DNA from: a virus
DNA length: 64,000 nucleotides
Direction: 5' to 3' (one strand)
IMG/VR virus record: IMGVR_UViG_3300005253_000193
Location: 32,001-96,000 of that record
Under the pieces are notes generated by a model. That model was not told the DNA's origin. It saw nothing but the letters and a program-made list of their open reading frames with translations, and did no database searches. Every line of letters begins with the position of its first letter. Positions within the stretch are counted from its first letter, which is position 1. Both the position numbers and the translations under genes were made by a program. Positions 8,930 to 18,023 of the stretch are shown here, piece after piece.

Positions 8930-10026
8930 AAAGGATATTCCATCTAGTTGGTTTTGGGAGAAATTTTGGTGATATGGCCATTCAACTTTCGATGATGGAC
9001 ATGCTTCAGAAAAAGTCCAAGGAAGCACTCCAGTTCATTCCCATCGATTTGAAGACCAACACCCCAATAGACAGAGATCTTGTTGAATATATCAATGAGG
9101 TTGGGGATATGCTTTTGGTTGGTGGTGGTGGTATGATTATGAAGGGAGATGGTTTTGATACTCTTTCCGGTTGGCAGTTCAACATTTCATTAGAGGATCT
9201 AAAACTGCTTCAGGTCCCATTGGTCATTTATGGAATAGGATATAACGATTTTCAATTGGAGGAACTTTCCAGTAGGGTGAACAGTCATCTGATGGCTACT
9301 TTATGGAAGTCCTCCCTGTTTTCTGTTCGCGATGAGGGGACCAGACAACAACTTCTAAAGAGGGGACTCGACATAAGAGATGTAATCCCCGATCCCGCCA
9401 TGTTTTGTCCAAGCCATCCTGTTACCCTTCCTAATATTACTCAAGACTCGTTTTGCATCGGACTTAATTTGGCCGGAGATAGATTGGACCAGAGATTTCC
9501 TCCAATGGGTGATTATTTTGCTGTGATCGAGAAGTTGTGTAGTTCTCTTTCAGTCTTTTCCAGAAGCAAGTCCGACGTAAGACTCTTTTACATCCCGCAC
9601 ATTGATATTTATGACCACAAATTGTGGAAAGTAGTTAAGTCAAGATTTGATGGGAGGTGTCAGAGCATTGCTGATATCTTCCCAAATATGTTCCCCGAAA
9701 GCCTTGCCAGGGTTCCTATGCTGGCTGGTATCTATCAAAGGATGGATATTGTTGTAGGGATGAGAGGTCATTCCAACATCATTCCATTTGGTCAAGGAAC
9801 TCCAGTTGTTGGCTTTGGGTCCCATGACAAGAACAAGTTTTTTGCACAGCAGGCGGGAACAAAGGTGGTTGGGAATGACTGTGATGGTCTTTTGGAGTGT
9901 CTGTCTGAGGAACTGGATTGTGTCAAGAGAGCAGTCAATGTTGATACCTTAGACGATTTGTGGATCAAGATAGACAGATTTAATGAGAAGGTCATTTCCC
10001 TCTTGGAGAACAGAGATGCCACTTAG
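8926..10026 (+). CDS. Polysaccharide pyruvyltransferase-family (WcaK/CsaB-like) protein
   Basis: 'NFGDMAI', 'VGGGG', 'YGIG', 'SVRDEGT', 'PDPA', 'GMRGHSNI'. Confidence 0.85.
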   Translation: MKRIFHLVGFGRNFGDMAIQLSMMDMLQKKSKEALQFIPIDLKTNTPIDRDLVEYINEVGDMLLVGGGGMIMKGDGFDTLSGWQFNISLEDLKLLQVPLVIYGIGYNDFQLEELSSRVNSHLMATLWKSSLFSVRDEGTRQQLLKRGLDIRDVIPDPAMFCPSHPVTLPNITQDSFCIGLNLAGDRLDQRFPPMGDYFAVIEKLCSSLSVFSRSKSDVRLFYIPHIDIYDHKLWKVVKSRFDGRCQSIADIFPNMFPESLARVPMLAGIYQRMDIVVGMRGHSNIIPFGQGTPVVGFGSHDKNKFFAQQAGTKVVGNDCDGLLECLSEELDCVKRAVNVDTLDDLWIKIDRFNEKVISLLENRDAT

Positions 10027-10648
10027 TGAAAGATCAAAAACCCTTTTCGGTTCTCTTTCCTCGAGAGCAATTAATGGGGATAGGTTGGCTATGGATGCTG
10101 TCAAGTATTTGGAAAGACATCATGGATGGGCTGGCAAGAGTAAATTCTTTTTTAAGCCTGCTATCGATAGAACAAATATCTATGATTTTTTTGTCAGAGA
10201 TTTTGTGAAGAAGAATCCAAAGGCCAACATTCTGAATATAGGTTGTGGCTTTTGCACTCGCTTTTATAGAGTGGATAATGGTCATATTATATGGACAGAA
10301 CTTGACGTTCCTGAAGTTATGGATCTCCGAAAAGATTTCTTTGATAAATTAGATAAGGGTCCGAGGCACAGGAACACTAGTTTTGATCTGAAGGGTGGGC
10401 TTGATGCCTCCAATTATGACCTTATTATTGCTGAAGGGGTTCTTGTATATCTACCCCTTGAGTGTGCCCAGAAATTGGTTCAGGGTCATATGATATTTGA
10501 TGCGTTTACGTTAAAAAGAACTGTGAAGCTAGGCGACGACCAGCTTTGGCTGTATAATCCCAAGGATTGGGGATTCCTGAACATTATTCAGGAATGGGAT
10601 TATGACCGCCCTGGTAGGGAAGCCAAGGTTTTTGAGGTGATCCAATGA
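10016..10648 (+). CDS. SAM-dependent methyltransferase (leucine carboxyl methyltransferase-like)
   Basis: 'LNIGCGFCTRFYR', 'WTELDVPEVMDLRK', 'IIAEGVLVYL'. Confidence 0.85.
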   Translation: MPLSERSKTLFGSLSSRAINGDRLAMDAVKYLERHHGWAGKSKFFFKPAIDRTNIYDFFVRDFVKKNPKANILNIGCGFCTRFYRVDNGHIIWTELDVPEVMDLRKDFFDKLDKGPRHRNTSFDLKGGLDASNYDLIIAEGVLVYLPLECAQKLVQGHMIFDAFTLKRTVKLGDDQLWLYNPKDWGFLNIIQEWDYDRPGREAKVFEVIQ

Positions 10649-10980
10649 GCTTTGTTCAAAGAATGCTTAAACAACAAGGAACCTACTGGGCACCCCCAAC
10701 CGCTATCGATGCCTTTGAGGGTTCAACATATGTTGAACCCATAGCTATTAAGACGCGTTGGGAGGACAAGGCCATTCTTTTTCGGGATGAGGCCGGTGTC
10801 GAAGTGACGAGTAGTTCTGTGGTCTACGTTGACAGGGACGTGGTGACACGTGGTTATTTATACAATGGCACGTCAACCGCTGCTGATCCAACCACGGTGG
10901 ATGGAGCAAGAGAGATTCGCCGGTTTGAGAAATGTCCTACGGTCAGCGCCAAAGACTTTGAGAGGAAGGCATTACTGTGA
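10645..10980 (+). CDS. Head-closure/stopper-like protein
   Basis: 'TYWAPP', 'RWEDK', 'GVEVTSSSVVY'; position in the head-tail module. Confidence 0.65.
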   Translation: MSFVQRMLKQQGTYWAPPTAIDAFEGSTYVEPIAIKTRWEDKAILFRDEAGVEVTSSSVVYVDRDVVTRGYLYNGTSTAADPTTVDGAREIRRFEKCPTVSAKDFERKALL

Positions 10981-11537
10981 CGGGCAATCTTCCCACTGCT
11001 GATCTTCAAATAAGGGTTTCTGTTGATACCAAGAGGCTGAAACCCGCCATGGGTAAAGTCTCCAAATTTCTGAGAGAGCTTGATGATTTGTCCAATAAGA
11101 GAACCAGGAGAAAGACATTTAGAGTTGTCCGCCATGGAGGCCGAGAAAGTCTCAAGAAGGTCGAAAAGAAAATAGCCAAGGAATTTGAAGCTATTGAGGA
11201 TGGGACCAAGAGGGCATTGGAAAGAGTGTTGGCTCGGGTCCTGCATACGTCCAAGGGCCTTGTGCCGGTTGATACAGGTCTTCTAAAGAGGACTGGATTT
11301 TCAATGGCCGTAAGGTTGAAGACCAAGGTCGTAGGCATTGTAGGTTACAACATCATTTCCGGCAACGTCCCTCCCGGTGTGGATACGGGTGCTTATTACG
11401 CTGTATATGTTCATGAGATTAATGCTATACATGATCCACCCACTCAGTGGAAGTTTCTATCAGCGGCCCTTGACCAACATAAGAGTTCCATCTCAAGTGA
11501 TATGCAAACGGAGCTTAAGAAGAGGCGCAAAGGATAA
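10977..11537 (+). CDS. HK97 gp10-like neck protein
   Basis: 'VPVDTGLLKRT', 'YAVYVHE', 'KFL'. Confidence 0.75.
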   Translation: MTGNLPTADLQIRVSVDTKRLKPAMGKVSKFLRELDDLSNKRTRRKTFRVVRHGGRESLKKVEKKIAKEFEAIEDGTKRALERVLARVLHTSKGLVPVDTGLLKRTGFSMAVRLKTKVVGIVGYNIISGNVPPGVDTGAYYAVYVHEINAIHDPPTQWKFLSAALDQHKSSISSDMQTELKKRRKG

Positions 11538-11549
11538 AGGAACATTCGA

Positions 11550-11978
11550 ATGGCAAATGCTCCCAGCAAGGACGTGGTTGACGAATTGGTCTCCGCTGGT
11601 GTTGCTACTTACAAGAATACGAGTGGTTGGGGGCTTTGGCTTGCCAGAGAACCAGTAACACCCGATACTGCTATTAGCGTATTTGATGCCGGAGGAGATT
11701 CTCCCAATCCAAAGTATCGCTTGAACGAGCCGACCGTTCAGGTTCGCATTCGTGGAGCGAAGTGGGGTTATAAGGCTGCTTATACCAAAGCCCAAGCCGT
11801 TGTTGATGCCCTGCTTGGGATTGGTAAGAAAACGATTAATTCAACCGTATATGTTGGTATTTGGCAGCTTGGGGATATTATTTTTATTGGCTTTGATGAC
11901 AACAACCGCCCAGTCTTTACCACGAATTGGCGTGTTGTTCGGGAGGTTTCGACGAGCACCTATAGGGCTCAAGCGTAG
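11550..11978 (+). CDS. Tail terminator (minor capsid 3-like)
   Basis: 'PTVQVRIRG', 'GFDDNNRPVFTTNW'. Confidence 0.75.
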   Translation: MANAPSKDVVDELVSAGVATYKNTSGWGLWLAREPVTPDTAISVFDAGGDSPNPKYRLNEPTVQVRIRGAKWGYKAAYTKAQAVVDALLGIGKKTINSTVYVGIWQLGDIIFIGFDDNNRPVFTTNWRVVREVSTSTYRAQA

Positions 11979-11996
11979 GGCTGGAGGCCTTTTGAA

Positions 11997-12155
11997 ATGG
12001 ATATTATCGAGAAGTGGGTAATGGGTCTTCTAAAGGATTTGCGACTCAAACGCTTCTACGGTAAAATTGTTTTCGAAATGAAGTTTGGGAAGATTGTTTT
12101 GGTGAGAAAGGAAGAAACCCTCAAGCCTCCAACTTCCGACGCAAATACTGGGTAA
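11997..12155 (+). CDS. 52-aa protein, DUF2292/YezD-like (not in the ORF track)
   Basis: MDIIEKWVMGLLKDLRLKRFYGKIVFEMKFGKIVLVRKEETLKPP...; GGAGG SD upstream. Confidence 0.55.
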   Translation: MDIIEKWVMGLLKDLRLKRFYGKIVFEMKFGKIVLVRKEETLKPPTSDANTG

Positions 12156-12167
12156 CGGAAGAACCGG

Positions 12168-12206
12168 CCCCGGCCTGCTGAACTAGCAAGCCGGGGTGTC
12201 TTTTCT
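12168..12206 (+). terminator. Hairpin/possible terminator upstream of tail tube genes
   Basis: CCCCGGCCTGCT/AGCAAGCCGGGG stem (one mismatch) then TGTCTTTTCT. Confidence 0.45.
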
Positions 12207-12227
12207 AACAGATGAAGGGTTCGAATA

Positions 12228-12626
12228 ATGTCACAGGCATCGTATGTGAAGGTCGTCAACATCAAGACCACGGGGTCCACCGTCTGGACCGAACTCAAGG
12301 GCATCAGCGGTTCTTTCGGATTGTCTGGCGAGATGTTGGATGACACTGAGTTCTCGAGCACCGGCTACCGCAGCCGTATTCGAGGGCTCAAGGACTACAA
12401 CGTCAGCCTTTCGGGAAACTACACGTCCACAGCTTCATGGTACTCCACGGTCTTCTCGGCTTGGAATGCAGGCACCAAACTGGACTTCCAATACTTGCCG
12501 AATGGCACCAAGGGCTTCCAAGGTCGAGGTATTGTGGATAACTTCTCCCACTCTGGTGATGTTGGAAGTCTCGAGACTGTCGAGGTGTCCTTGCAGTCCG
12601 AAGGGACGGCGCTCACCACGGTCTAA
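12228..12626 (+). CDS. Tail tube protein 1
   Basis: 'LDDTEFSSTGYRSRIRGLKD', 'SLSGNY', 'VSLQSEG'; high-expression codon bias. Confidence 0.8.
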   Translation: MSQASYVKVVNIKTTGSTVWTELKGISGSFGLSGEMLDDTEFSSTGYRSRIRGLKDYNVSLSGNYTSTASWYSTVFSAWNAGTKLDFQYLPNGTKGFQGRGIVDNFSHSGDVGSLETVEVSLQSEGTALTTV

Positions 12627-12655
12627 CAACCCAAAGAGTGGAGGGAGAATAGACT

Positions 12656-13285
12656 ATGAGCGCACCAGGATATCTCACTACCATCAAGAAGTCCGGAACC
12701 GCCACTTCGATGACATCGGAAGCGATGTCGACGAACAGTACGGTGTCAAATACGTTTCAGCTCGACGCGGCTGCCAAGCGAATCCTGAATCGGGACGGTA
12801 CTTTCGTGGTCAGGGAAGCGGGAACTACTGCTCCGGTATCGGCTGCTTCCGTCGTCATTGATTATCTTTTTGGGAAAGTTACTCTCTCGTCTGCAACGAC
12901 TTCGGCGATCACCTTGTCTGGTTCGTACATGCCAATGACAGAAATCGCCGGGGCAAATAGCTTCACTCTTGAACAGATTAGGGATTCTTTGGACGACACC
13001 GACTTTACGAGCGTCGGCTGGCGCAGTCGGATTGTTGGCATCAAGGATGTTTCTCTGACCCTCGGACGATGGCAGACCCTTGGTGATGATTTCTTTTCCC
13101 TCATCGACAGTGGAGAATCAGTCGTGGCCGAAATTCAGCCGGGTGGAGCTGGTGATGTGGGCCGTGGTTGGTTCAAGATTGAGACGGAGGGATTCTCCGG
13201 GGACATTGGCTCCCTCGAATCGGCGGACGTAACCCTTCAGGTCGACGCCTCAACTTTAACCGATTTCAGTTGGGGGTCTGCTTGA
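12656..13285 (+). CDS. Tail tube protein 2 (paralog with an extra inserted domain)
   Basis: 'LDDTDFTSVGWRSRIVGIKD' and 'SGDIGSLESADVTLQ' align with tube protein 1. Confidence 0.7.
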   Translation: MSAPGYLTTIKKSGTATSMTSEAMSTNSTVSNTFQLDAAAKRILNRDGTFVVREAGTTAPVSAASVVIDYLFGKVTLSSATTSAITLSGSYMPMTEIAGANSFTLEQIRDSLDDTDFTSVGWRSRIVGIKDVSLTLGRWQTLGDDFFSLIDSGESVVAEIQPGGAGDVGRGWFKIETEGFSGDIGSLESADVTLQVDASTLTDFSWGSA

Positions 13286-13317
13286 TACTACAACACACTT
13301 GAAAGGGAAAACCTGCT

Positions 13318-13692
13318 ATGACTAATTCCAAAAGAGATGAGATCCGCGCCGCCCTTTTCTCCTCCAAACAGTTCAAACGGAAAAAGGTCAAGATCCTCGA
13401 ACAGGATGTTGAGATAAAGCAACCTTCCGTCGGGGAGCTCACCGGCATTGGAAAGCTGGATGAGGATAAAGACAAGAACTCGGTCTGTCTGCTCATGATC
13501 GAGTATTGCTATGTCCCCGGCACCAATGAAAAGATTTTCACCAAGGAAGACTATGATGGTATCATGGGCTTTCCTTCTGGTGACTGGGTACAAACCTTCA
13601 ATCGGGCTTGGATGGAACTTGCCGGTATCGATTGGGAGGAAGCGGAAAAAAACTTGCTGGAGATAACTTCCGCGTCCTCCTCTTCAGAATAG
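13318..13692 (+). CDS. Tail assembly chaperone (gpG-like)
   Basis: Lies between tube and tape-measure genes; slippery site near its 3' end. Confidence 0.75.
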   Translation: MTNSKRDEIRAALFSSKQFKRKKVKILEQDVEIKQPSVGELTGIGKLDEDKDKNSVCLLMIEYCYVPGTNEKIFTKEDYDGIMGFPSGDWVQTFNRAWMELAGIDWEEAEKNLLEITSASSSSE

Positions 13693-13862
13693 CGGAGGTC
13701 TTGGGGAAATTTGTATGGGAGGTTGAACAACAAATAACTCCAAAGGAAGTCGCCGAGTGGGCTGCTTACTTCACGCTCCAGAGGAAGGCCGAGGAGGAAG
13801 CTTACAGAAAAATGGAGCGGAAGAATAGACCAAGAAAGCCTAGACATCTAAGGGGCAAATAA
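13647..13862 (+). CDS. -1 frameshift extension (gpGT-like) from slippery heptamer A AAA AAC
   Basis: GAA AAA AAC in frame at 13645-13653; -1 frame is open to 13862 and encodes 'IAEVLGK...ITPKEVAEWAAYF'. Confidence 0.8.
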   Translation, partial: KKLAGDNFRVLLFRIAEVLGKFVWEVEQQITPKEVAEWAAYFTLQRKAEEEAYRKMERKNRPRKPRHLRGK

Positions 13863-13865
13863 TAG

Positions 13866-16800
13866 ATGGTAACCACACTCGACGAACTGCAACTGGTACT
13901 TGGCGCAAATACGAAGAGCCTCGATAAAGCGGCTCAGACAATCAGATCTGTCGGTACGTCCATGGATAGGGCGGCTGATAGGATTGATAAAGCCGTCAAG
14001 AAGATCGAGCAAGGCTTCCGCTCCGTGGAAAAGGCAACCAAGGGCGCGGCTGTTGCTCAATCCTCATCTACCAGCAAAATACGTGCTCAACTCCTGAGGC
14101 AAGAAAAGGCCGTTGCATCTGCCAGGGAACAATTCCTGAACATGACAGCGTCCATCAAGCGTGCTGGACAAACAGATCCATCCGCTTTGGGAAGGATTTC
14201 CAGATCTTTCAAAGCTCTTGAGGCCAGGATGCGTTCCGGGGCTATGTCTAGTAGACAATTTGCCGAGGCTCAGATGAAATTCAGGGCAACCCTTGGAAGG
14301 TCAAGAAGGTCCTTGGCTGATTTTAGGGCTACTCAGATGGGGGCAACGGCGGCGACAGTTAAAGGAAGGGGCGCATTGGGAGCCTTTTCTTCCCGTTTTG
14401 ATGAGTTTGGTAGAGCTGTCCGAGTCATTGAAGGACCGCTGGGTGGGATAGCCGCTCGTTTCCAAACTTTCGGTGCTGCTATTAAGACTGTCAATCTCAA
14501 GATGTTGGCATTTATTGGTATCATTGCTGGTATGATTCTTGGATTTGTGAAATTATTTCCTGCTATTATAAGGGCACATTTGGAATTAGATAAAATAAGA
14601 AGGACGTTGAAATTCGCCACAGGGTCGGCGGCATTAGCGGGGGAGACATTTGAGTTTTTGCGGGAGGTGACAGGTAGGCTTGGATTGAATTTTGTTGCTG
14701 CTGCTGAACAATTTTCAAAATTTGCGGCGGCTGCAAGAGGGACCAGTCTGGAGGGAGAAAAGGTAAAGGAAGTCTTTGAAAGTGTCTCGATGGCGGCGAC
14801 AGTTCTCAGCCTTACCGCTGACGAGACTGCTGGCGTTTTCAGGGCTCTCCAGCAAATGGTTTCCAAGGGTACAGTGCAGGCTGAGGAATTGAGGGGGCAG
14901 TTGGGTGAAAGACTTCCTGGTGCTTTTATACTTGCTGCAAAGGCTATGGGGGTCACCACCCGACAGCTTGGGAAGATGCTTGAGCAGGGCGAGGTTTTGG
15001 CTGAGGAGCTTCTTCCCAAGCTGTCCAAGCTCTTGAAGGAAGTTTTTGGACCAGACGTTATTGGTGCATCTAACAGTTTACGTGCTGCTATAGAAAAACT
15101 GAAAAATGAATGGATATTTTTGCTTGACGCCACCAATGCGTGGACTGGTGCCAGTGGTCTTGTCAAGAGCGTTATGAATGGTATTTCGTCGACGATGAAG
15201 GATATGTCCGACACGATTAATATGTCCCTGTTGGAGAATAAAAAGTTCATGGAGCTTTTGCCTTATGAACTCTCTAAGATGCTTGCTTCAATGCAGAGGC
15301 GGCTTGTCCAATTAAAAGCTGCGGATAATCCCATTAAAGATTGGATTGTTGAGCTTTTTGGCGGAGGGACAATGAAGGAAGCTGTTGCCAAATTTGAAGC
15401 AGAGATACTTAAATTACAGAAACGTATTGGTGAGTTGAAGAAGCAGGGATTTGTTTTTGAGGACATGATAGATTTTGAAGTTGATAAACTCATGAGATCA
15501 TTTTTCGACATTCGAGATGAACTATTGGAGAATGAAAAGGCGATTCGAGATTACAATATTGGGATGAAGAAGCTTCTTGACATACTTGCAAGAGCACCAG
15601 AGGTAGCCCATGCCGCTGGAATGAGTCTAGAGGAACTCCGGGAAGGAGCTGAGAGAATAAGGGATGCATGGATAGCTTCCCTACCTCCGGCAATAAGGTA
15701 TGTAGAAGCTTTGGAAGCAATGGCCAAAGCGGAGGCAAAACTTTCTAAAATCAAAAGAAAGGAGTTGAAGGTTGCTGATCCAAGGGCGGCTTTTATTGCG
15801 TCAGGGATGGCAGAGTTAAATGATATATTGAAGGATATTCAATTTACCGCGAAGGAACTCCCGGCCGTCCTGAATATGGTCAGTGCTTGGGGCGTTGCTC
15901 TTGCGGATGCTTTCGATGCAAAAGCCCTTGCCAAGTATAATGAGGAATTGGCGAAGACCGAGAAAAGAATTGCAAAGATGATGTCTGCGTTTGAAGGACG
16001 TCTGGCTGCCGCAAGTGGTCAAGCAACGGGAACTGAGAAGGAGCAGTTTATTGATAAGGAAATAAGGAGATTCATGAAGGGTCTTGATGCAGCTACATTT
16101 ACTATTAGAGAACTGGAAGAGGCATGGGACAGGGCTGGGATTGCTGCCCTAAGATCATGGAATAAGAAGGAACTCCTAAGCTATACTGAGGCCTTGGAAA
16201 AGGCCAGGGCAAAAATAGAGGAGTTTGCGGGGAAGGAACTGGCTACCACTGACCCCCGACAGAAGGCGTGGAATGATGCTGCAAGGCAAGTCGCTTCTTA
16301 TTTTGCCAAGCTGGAACTGCTTCCAGAACAGCTTGCTTTGGTTGGGGATCTTATCAGACAAGCTGGGAATGCAAATGCTAAAGCCTGGGATGTGAAGAAT
16401 CTTGCCGCTTTTATTGAAGAGTTGGAGAAGGGAAGGGACAGGCTGGCAAAGATGATGTCTGCGTTTGAAGGACGTCTGGCTGCCGCAAGTGGTCAAGCAA
16501 CGGGAACTGAGAAGGAGCAGTTTATTGATAAGGAAATAAGGAAACTCCTAAAAGGTCTGGATACAACAAAGTTTTCCATTAGGGAGATGGAAGAGGCGTG
16601 GGATAGGGCCTCCGTCTCAGCCAATAGGTCTTGGAGCAGAAAGGAGCTTGACAAGTACAACACGTCTTTGGACAAGGCTGTAGTATCCGTTGATAAATTA
16701 ATAGCTGGTTTCCAGGCACAGATTGATACTGCCGGAATGACCGAAAGAGAAAAGGCTGTTCATGCTGCTGGCTTGGCGGCTAAAGCGGCGGCGAAGGACT

Positions 16801-17669
16801 ATGTGGAGCTCGGTACTGAAGTGGAGAGGGCTGCGAGACTTTCTGGGGATGCTTGGGATGCTGTGCGATTGGACAAGATTTTTGATGAGACCAGAACCCC
16901 ACTTGAGGCTTTTAACATAGAAATGAAAGAGCTGAGTAGGCTTTCCGATGAATATAGTGATACCTATGGGCCAGCTCTTGAACGCGCCATGAAAAAATTG
17001 CGAGTGGATCTTGGCAAGACCGATCCTGTTTTAAAGTCCATTTCGAAGGGATTTGGTGATTTGGCGGATGGCATTGTAGATGCTATGAATACGAGTGGCA
17101 GTGCGATGGAGAAGTTTGCCAATGTTGTTGATTCAATTTTCATAGATATTCAGAAAGCATTTTTAAGAATGGCTATAATTAAGCCTCTTCAAGAAGCCAT
17201 ATTTGACTTTGGATCCTCTTTTTGGGATTCAGGAAGTGGTGGTGTTCAGACAGAACTTGGGCCGGGTGCCCAGATGAACAGTGCTCTTGGCAATGTTTTT
17301 AATAGGGGAAGGGTTGCCGCGTTTGCTGCCGGGGGTGTAATAAACACTCCGACTGTGTTCCCTATGGCGAAAGGTGCCGGACTCATGGGCGAGGCTGGCC
17401 CCGAGGCGGTTATGCCCCTGAGGCGCACTTCGAGCGGCCGACTCGGCGTTGAAATGGCTGGAGGGGGTGGTTCACAGGTAGTAACGGTAAACATAATCGA
17501 CAATGCTGGCAATGACATCAATGCTGAAAGCAGTCCAGACGGCCGTGGGGGTGTCAGATTAGACGTTGTCATTGATAAAGCTGTGGCTAACAAAATCCGT
17601 AGTGGGGGTTCAACCTTCCGAGCTATCAAGGACACGTTCAACACCACCGTAAGGACGTCCAGGAGATAA
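13866..17669 (+). CDS. Tape measure protein
   Basis: 1267 aa; 'ALQQMVSKGTVQAEELRGQLGERLPGA' tape-measure motif; C-terminal 'FAAGG...MGEAGPEAVMPL'. Confidence 0.95.
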   Translation: MVTTLDELQLVLGANTKSLDKAAQTIRSVGTSMDRAADRIDKAVKKIEQGFRSVEKATKGAAVAQSSSTSKIRAQLLRQEKAVASAREQFLNMTASIKRAGQTDPSALGRISRSFKALEARMRSGAMSSRQFAEAQMKFRATLGRSRRSLADFRATQMGATAATVKGRGALGAFSSRFDEFGRAVRVIEGPLGGIAARFQTFGAAIKTVNLKMLAFIGIIAGMILGFVKLFPAIIRAHLELDKIRRTLKFATGSAALAGETFEFLREVTGRLGLNFVAAAEQFSKFAAAARGTSLEGEKVKEVFESVSMAATVLSLTADETAGVFRALQQMVSKGTVQAEELRGQLGERLPGAFILAAKAMGVTTRQLGKMLEQGEVLAEELLPKLSKLLKEVFGPDVIGASNSLRAAIEKLKNEWIFLLDATNAWTGASGLVKSVMNGISSTMKDMSDTINMSLLENKKFMELLPYELSKMLASMQRRLVQLKAADNPIKDWIVELFGGGTMKEAVAKFEAEILKLQKRIGELKKQGFVFEDMIDFEVDKLMRSFFDIRDELLENEKAIRDYNIGMKKLLDILARAPEVAHAAGMSLEELREGAERIRDAWIASLPPAIRYVEALEAMAKAEAKLSKIKRKELKVADPRAAFIASGMAELNDILKDIQFTAKELPAVLNMVSAWGVALADAFDAKALAKYNEELAKTEKRIAKMMSAFEGRLAAASGQATGTEKEQFIDKEIRRFMKGLDAATFTIRELEEAWDRAGIAALRSWNKKELLSYTEALEKARAKIEEFAGKELATTDPRQKAWNDAARQVASYFAKLELLPEQLALVGDLIRQAGNANAKAWDVKNLAAFIEELEKGRDRLAKMMSAFEGRLAAASGQATGTEKEQFIDKEIRKLLKGLDTTKFSIREMEEAWDRASVSANRSWSRKELDKYNTSLDKAVVSVDKLIAGFQAQIDTAGMTEREKAVHAAGLAAKAAAKDYVELGTEVERAARLSGDAWDAVRLDKIFDETRTPLEAFNIEMKELSRLSDEYSDTYGPALERAMKKLRVDLGKTDPVLKSISKGFGDLADGIVDAMNTSGSAMEKFANVVDSIFIDIQKAFLRMAIIKPLQEAIFDFGSSFWDSGSGGVQTELGPGAQMNSALGNVFNRGRVAAFAAGGVINTPTVFPMAKGAGLMGEAGPEAVMPLRRTSSGRLGVEMAGGGGSQVVTVNIIDNAGNDINAESSPDGRGGVRLDVVIDKAVANKIRSGGSTFRAIKDTFNTTVRTSRR
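15972..16542 (+). repeat. 97-bp identical direct repeat within tape measure (15972-16068 and 16446-16542)
   Basis: gcaaagatgatgtctgcgttt...gataaggaaataagga occurs twice, 474 bp (158 codons) apart. Confidence 0.95.
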
Positions 17670-17672
17670 CCA

Positions 17673-18023
17673 ATGCCAGCTTGGCCCGCAAATCTTCCAC
17701 AGAATCCTCTGCTCGAGGGATATCAGGAGCAGGCACCGAATCTATCAATTCGGACCCAAATGGATTCTGGTCCGGCGAAAGTCAGGAAACGATTTACTTC
17801 CGGAGTGCGAAGTCTTGTATGGAACTTTATTCTTGGTTCAACGGAAGTGGACAATTTGGATGCTTTTTATCTGACCACTATAGAAGGGGGTTCATTGTCC
17901 TTTACACATACCGACCCAAGAACCGGGACTACTGGAGTATCCTATCGCATTGTAGAGGCTCCAACGTATGTTACGTTCAGTAATAGATTCAAAACCTCCC
18001 TAAAATTGGAGATGCTGCCGTGA
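17673..18023 (+). CDS. Distal tail/minor tail protein
   Basis: 'WPANLP', 'IRTQMDSGPAKVRKRFT', 'GGSLSF..TDP'. Confidence 0.75.
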   Translation: MPAWPANLPQNPLLEGYQEQAPNLSIRTQMDSGPAKVRKRFTSGVRSLVWNFILGSTEVDNLDAFYLTTIEGGSLSFTHTDPRTGTTGVSYRIVEAPTYVTFSNRFKTSLKLEMLP

